Shown in pieces: positions 1 through 10,204 of a DNA stretch of 45,724 nt (the first letter of the stretch is position 1; every line of letters begins with the position of its first letter). The stretch comes from Oscillospiraceae bacterium (GTDB lineage Bacteria; Bacillota; Clostridia; Oscillospirales; Acutalibacteraceae). The notes under the pieces are model-generated. The model worked only from the letters and a program-made list of their open reading frames with translations, was not told the origin of the DNA and did no database searches. Position numbers and translations under genes: made by a program. Location: positions 1 through 45,724 of the forward strand of contig JBNMIN010000001.1 in the NCBI GenBank assembly GCA_050873305.1, read 5' to 3'.

Positions 1-4
1 CGGA

Positions 5-196
5 TTGCTCGCCGTGAAAGGCATCATTTCCGCCGCAGTGGTGTCGGTGGCCGTCTCGCCGCTTACCGCGTTTTATGGGCTGAGATATATCATGGGCGAT
101 TACGGCGTTTTCTATCCCGTGCTCATCGCTTTCACGCTCATAGCTACGCTGAATCTTATTTTGACCGCGAGAAAGCCTGCGGCGGCAAAAGCATAA
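5..196 (+). CDS. 3' end of a membrane protein, probably truncated at the window edge
   Basis: Hydrophobic ORF with two TM-like segments, ends TAA at 196 and is followed by a terminator. True start probably lies upstream of the window. Confidence 0.55.
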   Translation: MLAVKGIISAAVVSVAVSPLTAFYGLRYIMGDYGVFYPVLIAFTLIATLNLILTARKPAAAKA

Positions 197-217
197 AACA
201 ACAAATATCAATTCACG

Positions 218-248
218 GAGCAGACCGGTCAGCCGGCCTGCTCTTTTT
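218..248 (+). terminator. Rho-independent terminator
   Basis: GAGCAG-A-CCGG-tcag-CCGG-C-CTGCTC stem followed by TTTTT. Confidence 0.75.
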
Positions 249-287
249 ATATCCCGTGCCGAAAAGCCGAACTTTCTGCCGAAACTC

Positions 288-317
288 TTGATAAAACCGC
301 TATATACATGGTATAAT
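288..317 (+). promoter_or_regulatory. sigma-A promoter for the recJ-relA operon
   Basis: TTGATA (288-293), 18 bp spacer, TG-G-TATAAT (extended -10, 312-317). AAAGGA RBS before ATG 347. Confidence 0.7.
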
Positions 318-346
318 TAACTATTATCGAAAGGAATGGTAACCCT

Positions 347-2386
347 ATGCGTAAAAGATGGCTTGCAGCTTCATATGACAAGGATCTCGCGGCTCAGATA
401 GCCGAGGAACACAGCCTCAATCCTATCGCCGCGCTGCTTGCCGTTATACGCGGACTTCGCGACGACGAAGAAATTGAAGATTTCTTCGACCCGAACCCGT
501 TCTTTACTCTCGATCCGTTCGCCCTGCCGGATATGGACAAGGCGGTCGAGCGCATAAACCGCGCAATAGATAATTTCGAGTGCATAGCGATATTCGGCGA
601 TTTCGATGCCGACGGCGTCACCTCAACCGCTCTTCTCTATACATATCTTGAGTCAAAGGGTGCGAATGTCCTGTGGTATATCCCGGACAGGCTGACCGAG
701 GGCTACGGTCTGAGCGTCGGCGCGGTCGAAAAGCTCAAAGATATGGGCACTCAGCTGATAGTGACGGTCGATAACGGAGTCAGCGCCGCAGATGCGACCG
801 AGCGCGCATACGAGCTCGGTATGGAGGTCGTTATAACCGACCACCACAAAGTCCCCGATGTTCTGCCCCGCGCCGAGGCGATAGTCGATCTTCAGCGCGC
901 GGATTGCAGCAGTCCGTTTAAGGAGCTGTGCGGAGCGGGCGTCGCATTCAAGCTGGCTTGTGCCATGGAGCTCGAGGATGACACAGCCGTCATAGAAGAC
1001 TTCGCAGACCTTGCCGCAATAGGCACTATAAGCGATGTTGTCAATCTTACCGGCGAAAACCGCGCGATAGTCAAGGCGGGACTCCGCAGCATCAACAACC
1101 GCTCGCGCGCCGGAATAAACGAACTTCTCGATGTCGCGGGAGCGGGCAATAAATATGTCAACGCAACTTCAGTAGCGTTCACGATTTCGCCGCGCATCAA
1201 TGCGGCGGGCAGAATGGGCTCCGCCAACCGCGCGCTCGAGCTTCTGCTCAGCGACGACCCAGAGACCGCAAACGGGCTCGCACAGGAGATAAACGAGGCG
1301 AACAGAACGCGCCAGGCGATTGAAAGCGAGATTTTTGCCGAGGTCGAACAGAAATTGTTCGAGCATCCGGAGATACGCTATGCCCCCGTCATTGTCGTTG
1401 ACGGCGACGATTGGCACAACGGCGTTATCGGCATTGTCGCCGCGAGGATTCAGGAAAAATATTCAAAACCGTGCATAATAATTTCGCGCAATACAGAGGA
1501 CGGTACGGCGCGCGGCTCTGGACGCAGCATAGAGGGCTTCTCGCTCTACGACGCGATAAAAAATTCAAAGCATCTGCTGACCCATTTCGGCGGTCACACT
1601 CAGGCGGCGGGACTCTCGCTCATGGCGAAAGATATCGAACAGCTGCGCTCGGAGATAACGGAATATTCGCTTAATACCGAGATGCCGTTCCCGGTTCAGA
1701 ATATAGATTTGAAAATCAATCCCGCGCACATATCTTTAGATATTCTCGACGCCGTCTCGTCCCTCGAACCGTTTGGGGCGGGCAACCCCCAGCCGGTTTT
1801 CGGGCTTTACGGCATGAAGATAGAGAGCTTTTCTCCCGTCGGCAACGGCAAGCATATGCGAATAACCGTCTCAAAGGGCGATACGCGCATCTTCGCCATG
1901 TATTTCGGCATGACCGAGCGCTCGTTCTTTTACAGCGTCGGCGATACAGTTGACCTCGCCGTCAATCTCGACAGGAACGAGTATCAGGGGAGTGTGCGCA
2001 TCGGCGTATATATAAGGAATATGCGCCCGTCGGGCAGCGACGATATAAAAGTGCTTGAGGGACTTCGACTCTTTGACCGCGTCATGCACGGCGAGGAGCT
2101 GACTGCACAGCAGGCAAAGATCGCTCTCCCGGACAGAAGCCTCTGCGGCGCGGTGTATACCCAGATAAAACGGCGCGGCTCATGGAGCGCCGAGTATGAG
2201 ATGCTGTGCCTGCGCTCGGGCTTTGAGGCGGACAGAATATGCGCCGTCGCGAGCGCTGTCGAAGTTATGGTGCAGACGGGCGTTCTCAACCGCTCGCCCG
2301 CGGGCAGCATCGTTGTCAACGAACAGAGCCCCAAGGTGAACCTTGAGGACGCACAATTGATGAAACATATAAGAAGCTTTTTATAA
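347..2386 (+). CDS. recJ: Single-stranded-DNA-specific exonuclease RecJ
   Basis: DHH family motifs FGDFDADG, TVDNG, TDHH, PRINAAGR, RGSGRS, GGHxxAAG; LEPFGAGNPQP; recJ-relA-dtd synteny. Confidence 0.95.
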   Translation: MRKRWLAASYDKDLAAQIAEEHSLNPIAALLAVIRGLRDDEEIEDFFDPNPFFTLDPFALPDMDKAVERINRAIDNFECIAIFGDFDADGVTSTALLYTYLESKGANVLWYIPDRLTEGYGLSVGAVEKLKDMGTQLIVTVDNGVSAADATERAYELGMEVVITDHHKVPDVLPRAEAIVDLQRADCSSPFKELCGAGVAFKLACAMELEDDTAVIEDFADLAAIGTISDVVNLTGENRAIVKAGLRSINNRSRAGINELLDVAGAGNKYVNATSVAFTISPRINAAGRMGSANRALELLLSDDPETANGLAQEINEANRTRQAIESEIFAEVEQKLFEHPEIRYAPVIVVDGDDWHNGVIGIVAARIQEKYSKPCIIISRNTEDGTARGSGRSIEGFSLYDAIKNSKHLLTHFGGHTQAAGLSLMAKDIEQLRSEITEYSLNTEMPFPVQNIDLKINPAHISLDILDAVSSLEPFGAGNPQPVFGLYGMKIESFSPVGNGKHMRITVSKGDTRIFAMYFGMTERSFFYSVGDTVDLAVNLDRNEYQGSVRIGVYIRNMRPSGSDDIKVLEGLRLFDRVMHGEELTAQQAKIALPDRSLCGAVYTQIKRRGSWSAEYEMLCLRSGFEADRICAVASAVEVMVQTGVLNRSPAGSIVVNEQSPKVNLEDAQLMKHIRSFL

Positions 2387-2415
2387 ACAGCGGCAAGATA
2401 ATGAGGAGTGATCCG

Positions 2416-4677
2416 ATGAGATCGTGGGAAGAAAAAATAAACGGCGAGACCGAGGAGAAGAAGATGAACCGTCAGGCGGATTTCACCGACGGCAGCTCTT
2501 CCTTTGACGACGGCTTCGACAAGCTCTACGAAAAAATAAAGACCATGTACCGCGACGACGAGCTTGAAACGGTGAAGCGCGCCTATGATATGGCGAAGGA
2601 GCATCACAAGAATCAGCTCCGCCAGTCCGGCGAGCCGTATATAATCCACCCGATAGCCGTTGCCTCGATTCTCGCAGACCTCGGCATGGACAGCCAGTCG
2701 GTGGCGGCGGCTCTCCTGCACGATACTGTCGAGGATACCGATGTCACAAAGGCGGATATCGAGCGCGAGTTCGGCGACGAGATAGCCCAATTGGTCGACG
2801 GCGTGACAAAGCTTGCAAAAGTGCCGACCGAGACAAAGGCGGAGGCGCAGGCGGAAAATATTCGCAAGATGCTCCTCGCAATGTCGAATGATATCAGAGT
2901 TATTATTATCAAACTTGCCGACAGACTGCATAACATGAGAACCATCGGCTATGTCCGCGAAGAGAAGCGCCGCGAAACAGCCCTTGAAACTCTCGAGATA
3001 TATGCCCCCATCGCTCACCGCTTAGGTATCAGAACGATAAAAGAGGAGCTTGAGGACAGAGCCATTATCTGCCTCGACCCCGTCGCGTATAAAGAGATCG
3101 AGGACTATCTCAACTCCCAGAGCGCATCGCGCAAGGAGTTCCTTGACAGCATAATCGAAAAGATAAAGGAACGCGTCGATCCGCTTGTCTCCGGCTGCAA
3201 AGTTGAGGGCAGAATCAAGAGCGTCCACGGAATCTACCGCAAAATGTATATCGGCGGCAAGACCTTTGACGAGATTTATGATATCTACGCCGTCAGAATA
3301 ATAGTCGAGTCTGTTATCGACTGCTATAACTGCCTCGGCGTTATCCACGATATGTTCCGCCCGATCCCGAACCGCTTTAAAGATTATATCTCGACCCCGA
3401 AGCCGAATATGTATCAGTCTCTGCATACCACCGTTATCGGCAAAGAGGGAATACCCTTCGAGGTTCAGATAAGAACCTGGGAAATGCATCAGACGGCTGA
3501 ATACGGTATCGCCGCGCACTGGAAGTATAAGCTCGGCGGCGGCACCGCGAGCGGCAACTTCGACAAGCGCCTTGCGTGGATTCGCCAGATGCTCGAGAGT
3601 CAGAGCGATTCCGAGGATGTCGAGGATATCGTCAGAACGATAAAGAGCGACCTCGTCCCCGAAGAGGTGTTTGTGTTCACTCCCAAGGGCGATGTTATAA
3701 ACCTGCCGATAGGCGCGACGGTTATCGACTTCGCCTATGCCATTCATTCCGCCATCGGCAACCGCATGACCGGCGCAAAGGTCGACGGGCGCATCGTGCC
3801 GATTGATTATCAGGTAAAGACCGGCGAGATAGTTGATGTTTTAACCTCGTCTCAGCCCGGCAAGGGCCCGAGCCGCGATTGGCTCAAGATAGTCAAGACG
3901 AGCGAGGCGCGCAGCAAAATACGCAACTGGTTCAAGAAAGAGCGCCGCGACGAGAATATCGCCGAGGGCAAGGCGGAGGTCGAGCGCGAGTTCAGGCGCA
4001 GCTTTATCCGACTGCCGGATGATGAGATGAAGTCGTTCCTCCAGCGCATCGCGGAGCGTCAGCATTTCGACACGGTTGAGGATTTCTATGCCGCTATCGG
4101 CTACGGCGGCGTGTCGCTTATCCGCATGATGCCGCATATAAAAGATGAGTATAACAAGATAGTCAAGGCGTCCGCTCCGCCGGAGATTGTGCTCACCCAG
4201 CCGAAAAAGCGCGTCAAGAGCAGCGAGGGCGTTATAGTCGAGGGCATCGACAACTGCCTTGTCAAGTTCTCGCGCTGCTGCAATCCGCTCCCGGGCGACA
4301 GTATAATCGGTTTTATCACCCGCGGCCACGGTGTGTCGATCCATACGCGCGACTGCAGCAATGTCCCGAAGGATCTCGAGCATTGCGGCGATAAAGACAG
4401 ATGGATAAACGCATATTGGGACAGCGCCATAAAAGAGGATTTCCGCGCAACGCTCATGATATCCTGCCTCAACAGGGTCGGCATGCTCGCGGATATCTCC
4501 GTCCAGCTCGCCAATATGCACGTTATGATAAATGATATAAACACAAGGAATTTCAAGGACGGCAGAAGCACGTTTTCCATGACTATAACTGTCTCGGGAA
4601 TCGAGCATCTCAAGAGCGTCGCCGCCAAGATCGAGCGAATCGACGGCGTGCTCAGCGTCGAGAGAGCCGCAACCTGA
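2416..4677 (+). CDS. relA: Bifunctional (p)ppGpp synthetase/hydrolase (long RSH, Rel)
   Basis: HD hydrolase motif LLHDTVEDT, KLADRLHNMRT, synthetase YQSLHT/EVQIRT, TGS (VFTPKG...DFAYAIHS), CC (CCNPLPGD) and ACT domains. Start ambiguous (2401/2416/2464); 2416 follows GAGGAG. Confidence 0.95.
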   Translation: MRSWEEKINGETEEKKMNRQADFTDGSSSFDDGFDKLYEKIKTMYRDDELETVKRAYDMAKEHHKNQLRQSGEPYIIHPIAVASILADLGMDSQSVAAALLHDTVEDTDVTKADIEREFGDEIAQLVDGVTKLAKVPTETKAEAQAENIRKMLLAMSNDIRVIIIKLADRLHNMRTIGYVREEKRRETALETLEIYAPIAHRLGIRTIKEELEDRAIICLDPVAYKEIEDYLNSQSASRKEFLDSIIEKIKERVDPLVSGCKVEGRIKSVHGIYRKMYIGGKTFDEIYDIYAVRIIVESVIDCYNCLGVIHDMFRPIPNRFKDYISTPKPNMYQSLHTTVIGKEGIPFEVQIRTWEMHQTAEYGIAAHWKYKLGGGTASGNFDKRLAWIRQMLESQSDSEDVEDIVRTIKSDLVPEEVFVFTPKGDVINLPIGATVIDFAYAIHSAIGNRMTGAKVDGRIVPIDYQVKTGEIVDVLTSSQPGKGPSRDWLKIVKTSEARSKIRNWFKKERRDENIAEGKAEVEREFRRSFIRLPDDEMKSFLQRIAERQHFDTVEDFYAAIGYGGVSLIRMMPHIKDEYNKIVKASAPPEIVLTQPKKRVKSSEGVIVEGIDNCLVKFSRCCNPLPGDSIIGFITRGHGVSIHTRDCSNVPKDLEHCGDKDRWINAYWDSAIKEDFRATLMISCLNRVGMLADISVQLANMHVMINDINTRNFKDGRSTFSMTITVSGIEHLKSVAAKIERIDGVLSVERAAT

Positions 4678-4718
4678 TGCCAATATTTTAGATATTGCAA
4701 GTCCAAGGGGGAATCACC

Positions 4719-5180
4719 GTGAGAGCTGTTGTTCAGCGAGTCACATCGTCAAAAGTTTCCGTTGACGGAAAGACCGTCGGCGAGATAGGCAAGGGCTTCA
4801 ATGTCCTGCTCGGCGTTGTCGAGGGCGACACCGATGAGCAGGCGGCGTTGCTCGCCGGCAAAATAGCGCGCCTGCGCGTGTTCGAGGACGAAAACGGAAA
4901 AATGAATCTCAGCGTCAACGATGTCGGTGGCGAGATTCTTGCCATCTCGCAGTTCACCCTCTGTGCCGACTGCAAAAAGGGCAACAGACCGTCTTTTACG
5001 CTCTCTGCCGCGCCCGATGAAGCGAACAGATTATATGAGCTGTTCTGCTCCGAGCTCTCCGCGAACGGAGTCAGGAATGTCGAAAAAGGCATCTTCGGCG
5101 CGGATATGGCGGTCGATATAGCGAACGACGGACCCGTTACTATCATGCTCGATACCGATATATGGAGGAAAGACAAATGA
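4719..5180 (+). CDS. dtd: D-aminoacyl-tRNA deacylase
   Basis: RAVVQRV start, SQFTL, KGNRPSF, NDGPVT motifs. GTG start after AAGGGGG. Confidence 0.95.
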   Translation: MRAVVQRVTSSKVSVDGKTVGEIGKGFNVLLGVVEGDTDEQAALLAGKIARLRVFEDENGKMNLSVNDVGGEILAISQFTLCADCKKGNRPSFTLSAAPDEANRLYELFCSELSANGVRNVEKGIFGADMAVDIANDGPVTIMLDTDIWRKDK

Positions 5181-5830
5181 TGAAGATACACACTCTGCCC
5201 ATGGGACCCGTTCAGGCGAACTGCTATGTCGTTATTGACGAACACAGCGGCGAGGCGGCGGTTATCGATCCCGGCGATTACACGGACGAGCTGAAAGCAG
5301 TCCTGCGCGATGAAGTGAAAAATCTCAAGTATATTCTTCTCACCCACGGTCACTATGACCACATTCTCGGCGTCGCGCATATAAAAGACGACTACCCGGA
5401 CGCGAAAATAGCCATTCACCCCTATGACAGCGCCTGCCTCAAGTGTGAGGATATCAGTCTCGCGACCCATGTCGATCACGGCATTCAGAAATATGTCGAT
5501 TACGACCTGCTCGCGGAAGAGGGATTTGAAGCGAAGATAGGGGATATCACTCTCCATACTATCCACACTCCCGGGCACACCCTCGGCGGCGTGTGCTATC
5601 TCGAAGAGACCGAGCGCGTGATGTTCTCGGGCGATACTCTTTTCTGCCGCACCGTCGGCAGAACCGACCTCCCCGGCGGGGACTGGCAGGCTATGGTCGA
5701 AAGCCTCAAGCGCCTTGCCGCCCTCGACGGCGAATATACCGTCTACACCGGGCATAACCGCTCCACAACGCTCTCAGAGGAGCGGGTCAGAAACAGATAT
5801 TTAAGAAAAATACCCAGAGGAGAGCTTTAA
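5177..5830 (+). CDS. MBL-fold metallo-hydrolase (glyoxalase II-like)
   Basis: THGHYDH, HTPGHT, SGDTLF, GRTDLPGG motifs. ATGA overlap with dtd. Confidence 0.9.
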   Translation: MMKIHTLPMGPVQANCYVVIDEHSGEAAVIDPGDYTDELKAVLRDEVKNLKYILLTHGHYDHILGVAHIKDDYPDAKIAIHPYDSACLKCEDISLATHVDHGIQKYVDYDLLAEEGFEAKIGDITLHTIHTPGHTLGGVCYLEETERVMFSGDTLFCRTVGRTDLPGGDWQAMVESLKRLAALDGEYTVYTGHNRSTTLSEERVRNRYLRKIPRGEL

Positions 5831-5840
5831 GGAAACGCCT

Positions 5841-7337
5841 ATGATTCTATATATCTGCGGTCACGATTTTCACTATGAGATGGAGAATCTTTGCCGCGTG
5901 TTCTTCCCTAACGAAAAGATAACGGTCTCGGACACTCTGCCCGAAAGCGGAGCGCCCGAGGTCGAAACATATCTCGACGGCGCGAGCGGCGGATATTCCG
6001 TGCGCGTGTGCATCAATGTCGGGGATAAAACCGAGACTCGCTCGGCAGAAGTCCCAAAGACCGACGAGCCCGAAAAAGACGAGTGCGAGCGCACTATGGC
6101 TCGCGAGCTTTTCTCCGCTCTGAGCGCCGTTACCGGATATGTCCCGCCCTGGGGCATACTCACCGGCGTGCGCCCGTCCAAGCTTATGCTGAAGCTCATT
6201 GAGTCTCTCGGCGAAAAGGGCGCGTATGACTATTTTACGAAAAAGCTACTTGTCAGCGAGCCGAAAGCGCGCCTTGCGCAGAGCGTCGCGGGTACGGAGC
6301 AGGAGATAGCCGCCCTCGGTGACGAGCGCTCGTTCAGCCTCTATATCGCGATACCGTTCTGCCCGTCGAGGTGCAGCTATTGCTCGTTCGTCTCCCATTC
6401 GATAACCAACGCCAATGCCGCAAAGCTTCTGCCCGTCTATGTTGACGATCTGTGCAGGGAGCTCGAGATAACGGGAAAAATCGTCCGCGATATCGGACTG
6501 CGGCTTGAGAGCATATATATCGGCGGCGGAACGCCGGGTATTCTCAGCGCGGAGCAGATGGAAAAGGTCTGCTCGGCAGTCGAAAACAGCTTCGATTTGT
6601 CCGCTATCCGCGAATATACCGTCGAGCTCGGCAGACCCGATACCGTGACGCAGGAGAAGCTCGATGTCCTGCGCGCCCACTCGGTTGACAGAATAAGCAT
6701 AAACACCCAGACTCTCAACGATTCCGTGCTCGAATCAGTCGGCAGAAAGCATACAGCGGCGGATTTCTTTTCTTCTTATGCCCTCGCCGAGAAGAGCGGG
6801 TTTGAAAATATAAATGTCGATCTTATCGCGGGACTCCCCGGCGATACGCTTGAGAGCTTCAAAAAATCAGTTGACGGCGTCGTCTCGCTCGCTCCCGCAA
6901 ATATAACCGTCCATGCCCTTGCACTGAAATCCGCATCCACTCTCAGAGAAAACGGCCATGCGGTCAGCGAAGGGGAGACGGCAGGGAAAATGATTGACTA
7001 TTCCCACTCCGTTCTCTTCGATAACGGCTATATTCCTTATTATATGTATCGCCAGAGCCGCTGCGTCGGCAACCTCGAAAATGTCGGCTGGTGCAAGCCC
7101 GGTACGGAGTGCAGATACAATGTCTTCATGATGGAAGAGACTCATACTGTCCTCGCCGCCGGAGCGGGTGCCGTAACAAAGCTCAAAAAGCCCGGCAGCA
7201 ACTATATCGAGCGTATTTTTAACTACAAATATCCATATGAATATAATGCCCGGTTTGACACTCTGATGGAGCGCAAGAAACGCATATCGGAGTTCTATTC
7301 GGAAATATTCGGTTCGCAGTCGTCTGCGGATAAATAA
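5841..7337 (+). CDS. hemZ: Radical SAM protein HemZ (coproporphyrinogen dehydrogenase-like)
   Basis: WGILTGVRP, CxxxCxxC (CPSRCSYC), GGGTP, PYYMYRQ. Typical position after dtd-MBL in Clostridia. Confidence 0.9.
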   Translation: MILYICGHDFHYEMENLCRVFFPNEKITVSDTLPESGAPEVETYLDGASGGYSVRVCINVGDKTETRSAEVPKTDEPEKDECERTMARELFSALSAVTGYVPPWGILTGVRPSKLMLKLIESLGEKGAYDYFTKKLLVSEPKARLAQSVAGTEQEIAALGDERSFSLYIAIPFCPSRCSYCSFVSHSITNANAAKLLPVYVDDLCRELEITGKIVRDIGLRLESIYIGGGTPGILSAEQMEKVCSAVENSFDLSAIREYTVELGRPDTVTQEKLDVLRAHSVDRISINTQTLNDSVLESVGRKHTAADFFSSYALAEKSGFENINVDLIAGLPGDTLESFKKSVDGVVSLAPANITVHALALKSASTLRENGHAVSEGETAGKMIDYSHSVLFDNGYIPYYMYRQSRCVGNLENVGWCKPGTECRYNVFMMEETHTVLAAGAGAVTKLKKPGSNYIERIFNYKYPYEYNARFDTLMERKKRISEFYSEIFGSQSSADK

Positions 7338-7346
7338 GGTGATAAG

Positions 7347-8258
7347 TTGAAATCTCTCGTAAAAATAAACTCAATGGCGGCAAACGACCCCGCTTTTCTC
7401 GTTTCAAAAGCCGAGGAGCGGTATTCGGGCAGGCTCGATGAAATAGCCGAGCGCATATTCTCCGACCGCGAAAAGCGGATAGTCATGCTCGCGGGTCCCA
7501 GCGCGTCGGGCAAAACGACCACCGCCGGGCTCATCGCCTCGCGGCTCGAATCGCGCGGCGCAAAGGCTTTCACTGTCTCGCTCGACGATTTTTATCACGA
7601 TCAGCGCGATGCCATTCTCGACGAAAACGGTAAGCCCGACTATGAGACCGTAAACGCACTCGATATCGCGCTCATTGACTCGTGCCTTGAGGATATCATC
7701 AAAAACGGTACAACGAGGCTGCCGCATTTCGATTTCGTCAGCGGCAGGCGCAGCGGCTTTTCCGACCCGATAACGCTCGGCAAGGACGATGTGCTGATAG
7801 TCGAGGGCATCCACGCCCTGAACCCGGTTATAACCGACTCTCTGCCGAGCGAAAATCTGATGAAGCTCTATGTCAGCGTCTCATCCCGCATCGCCGATGA
7901 GGACGGGGATGTGCTCATGTCGAAGCGCGATTTGCGCTTTGTCCGCCGCCTCGTGCGAGATTATTACCACCGCGCGAGCAGCGTCGAGCGGACATATGAT
8001 CTCTGGGGGAGCGTTCAGCGCGGCGAGGATAAGTATATCTTCCCTTACAGTCACTTGGCGGCGGAGAAGATAGACTCGCTCCATGCCTATGAGCCGTGCG
8101 TGTTCCGCGCCCTTGCCGTGCCGATGCTGAGCTGTGTCGGGAGCGGCAGCGAGTGGTATGACGAGGCGCAGATGATGATAGAACGCCTTGAAAGATTCGA
8201 GCCTCTGCCGGTCGATGTTATCCCCGAAAACTCGCTGCTTCGTGAGTTTATGGATTAA
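7347..8258 (+). CDS. Uridine/nucleoside kinase family protein
   Basis: P-loop AGPSASGKTT, SLDDFY, VEGIHALNP, RRLVRDYYHR, C-terminal SLLREF. TTG start (ATG 7374 alternative). Confidence 0.85.
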   Translation: MKSLVKINSMAANDPAFLVSKAEERYSGRLDEIAERIFSDREKRIVMLAGPSASGKTTTAGLIASRLESRGAKAFTVSLDDFYHDQRDAILDENGKPDYETVNALDIALIDSCLEDIIKNGTTRLPHFDFVSGRRSGFSDPITLGKDDVLIVEGIHALNPVITDSLPSENLMKLYVSVSSRIADEDGDVLMSKRDLRFVRRLVRDYYHRASSVERTYDLWGSVQRGEDKYIFPYSHLAAEKIDSLHAYEPCVFRALAVPMLSCVGSGSEWYDEAQMMIERLERFEPLPVDVIPENSLLREFMD

Positions 8259-8285
8259 ACAATTGTTAAATTTTTCATCATATTG

Positions 8286-8314
8286 TTGATAATATCGCCC
8301 TCAAACGATATAAT
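8286..8314 (+). promoter_or_regulatory. sigma-A promoter
   Basis: TTGATA-17 bp-TATAAT. AAGGAGG RBS before TTG 8360. Confidence 0.7.
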
Positions 8315-8359
8315 TAGGAACGGTTTTAAGAAAGAAACGAACAGCAAGGAGGTTTACCC

Positions 8360-10168
8360 TTGGCAGAAAGAAAGAAACAGTCGCTCTTGAACGGCGCAAT
8401 AATCCTTGTCATCTCGACCCTCGTGGTCAAGGTGATAGGTCTCTGCTTCAAGATGCCGCTGGGCAGTATGCTCGGACTCGTGGGATACGGATATTTCACC
8501 TCGGTCTATGCTATCTATACTCCCATCTATTCAATTTCCATGGCGGGTCTGCCGATAGCGGTGTCGCGCATGGTCGCGGAGGATGTCGCGCTCAACCATT
8601 ACCGTGAGGCGCGCATGACGCTCAAAACGGCGCGCAAGATATTCCTTCTCGTCGGAACCGCGGGCACGCTGCTCATGGTGCTTATCTCGATTCCTTACGC
8701 CATGTTCATCTCGGATATAAGAAACCTGCCCGCGATGATAGCCGTCGCCCCGTCGATATTCTTCTGCTGCTATGTCTCGGCTTACAGAGGATATTACGAG
8801 GGTCTGCGTAACATGATCCCGACCGCCATATCCCAGGTTATCGAGGCTCTCGGCAAGCTTGTTATCGGACTTGTTTTTGCAAAGCTCATCATGTCCTACG
8901 GCGAGAGCGCCTATAACAGCGCCGTTGCCGCAGGTTCGGCTACCGCTACCGTGTTCGGCAAAGAGGTCTCGTCCCTCAACGAGGCTTTCAGCGTAACATA
9001 TCCGTGGGCTGCCGCCGGCGCAATACTCGGTGTTACCCTCGGCTCGCTCCTGAGCCTTATCTATCTCGGTATCCGCCACAGAGCAAAGGGCGACGGTATA
9101 ACCCGCCTCGAGCTCGTCAATTCCCCGAAGCCGCCCGCAAATCATGCCATAGCCAAGAACATGATAACCATAGCGGTGCCGATCCTTTTGAGCTCGCTCG
9201 TTCTCAACGCCACGAACCTTATCGATGCCGTGACCATTCAGAACCGTCTGCTCCACGCTATCGAGAGCGGTCAGGATACAATATATAATCTATATAAGCA
9301 GTGCATCGATGCCGATGTCGCAAGCGGTACCTTAAATCTTTCGGACAGCAAAGGCTTCATGAGCTATCTCTACGGCGCATATAACACCGCCGTGGACTTC
9401 AAGAACCTCGTCCCGATGATAACCGTCTCCCTCGGCGTCAGCGCGCTTCCCGCCCTCGCGGAGGCGTGGACGATGAAAGATAAGGCGGCTGTCAAGAGCG
9501 CCGTCAATACTGTTATAAGAGTCTCCATGCTCATAGCTCTGCCCGCCGGTATCGGCATGGGCGTGCTCGCCGAGCCTATACTTACTCTTATCTACGGCCG
9601 CGGCAGAATGGCTGCCGATATTCCGATGATAGCGCCCATGGTCGCCGTCTTCGGCTTCACGACTGCGTTCATGTCCATTTCTACCCCGCTGACGAACCTT
9701 CTTCAGGCGGTCGGCAGAACGGATATCCCCGTAAAAACAATGCTCGTCTCCGCAGTCGTCAAGATAATCTGCAACTTCGCCCTCGTCGGTATACCGGGCA
9801 TCAACTTCAACGGCGCGGTTATCGGAACAGTACTGTTCTATGTTATAAACGTCATTCTCAATATCGTCGCCGTTATAAAAGTCACTAAAGTCCGCATTGA
9901 TATAATGTCCGATTTAATAAAACCGCTTATCTCCGCCGCCATGTGCGGTCTCGCGGCGTGGGCGGCTTACGGTCTGCTCGGCAAATATGTGCTCAAGAGC
10001 GTCAGCCATGGCGCGGATATCGCGCTGCTCGCCGCTATCATAATCGCCGTTATGGTGTATGCGATAGCTATCATAGTTTTCAAGGGCATCGTGCGCGAGG
10101 ATATAGAATCTTTGCCCGCAGGCGAAAAAATTGCAAAAGTACTTGAAAAATATGAACTTTTGGGTTAG
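8360..10168 (+). CDS. MOP-family flippase (YabM/SpoVB/MurJ-like polysaccharide biosynthesis protein)
   Basis: Many TM segments; GLPIAVSRMVAE, YRGYYEG, PTAISQVIE, GAILG motifs; upstream of mazG-hup-yabO as in the yabM locus. Confidence 0.85.
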   Translation: MAERKKQSLLNGAIILVISTLVVKVIGLCFKMPLGSMLGLVGYGYFTSVYAIYTPIYSISMAGLPIAVSRMVAEDVALNHYREARMTLKTARKIFLLVGTAGTLLMVLISIPYAMFISDIRNLPAMIAVAPSIFFCCYVSAYRGYYEGLRNMIPTAISQVIEALGKLVIGLVFAKLIMSYGESAYNSAVAAGSATATVFGKEVSSLNEAFSVTYPWAAAGAILGVTLGSLLSLIYLGIRHRAKGDGITRLELVNSPKPPANHAIAKNMITIAVPILLSSLVLNATNLIDAVTIQNRLLHAIESGQDTIYNLYKQCIDADVASGTLNLSDSKGFMSYLYGAYNTAVDFKNLVPMITVSLGVSALPALAEAWTMKDKAAVKSAVNTVIRVSMLIALPAGIGMGVLAEPILTLIYGRGRMAADIPMIAPMVAVFGFTTAFMSISTPLTNLLQAVGRTDIPVKTMLVSAVVKIICNFALVGIPGINFNGAVIGTVLFYVINVILNIVAVIKVTKVRIDIMSDLIKPLISAAMCGLAAWAAYGLLGKYVLKSVSHGADIALLAAIIIAVMVYAIAIIVFKGIVREDIESLPAGEKIAKVLEKYELLG

Positions 10169-10171
10169 AAT
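10143..10171 (+). promoter_or_regulatory. Internal sigma-A promoter for mazG-hup, overlapping the flippase 3' end
   Basis: TTGAAA (10143-10148)-17 bp-TAGAAT (10166-10171). Confidence 0.5.
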
Positions 10172-10204
10172 ATTTCCTGCCGATAAAATCAGACAGGGGA
10201 TCAT

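Noticed and set aside
2387-2415. Absence of apt between recJ and relA
   Set aside because: Ordinary synteny variation; no pseudogene remnant in the short gap.
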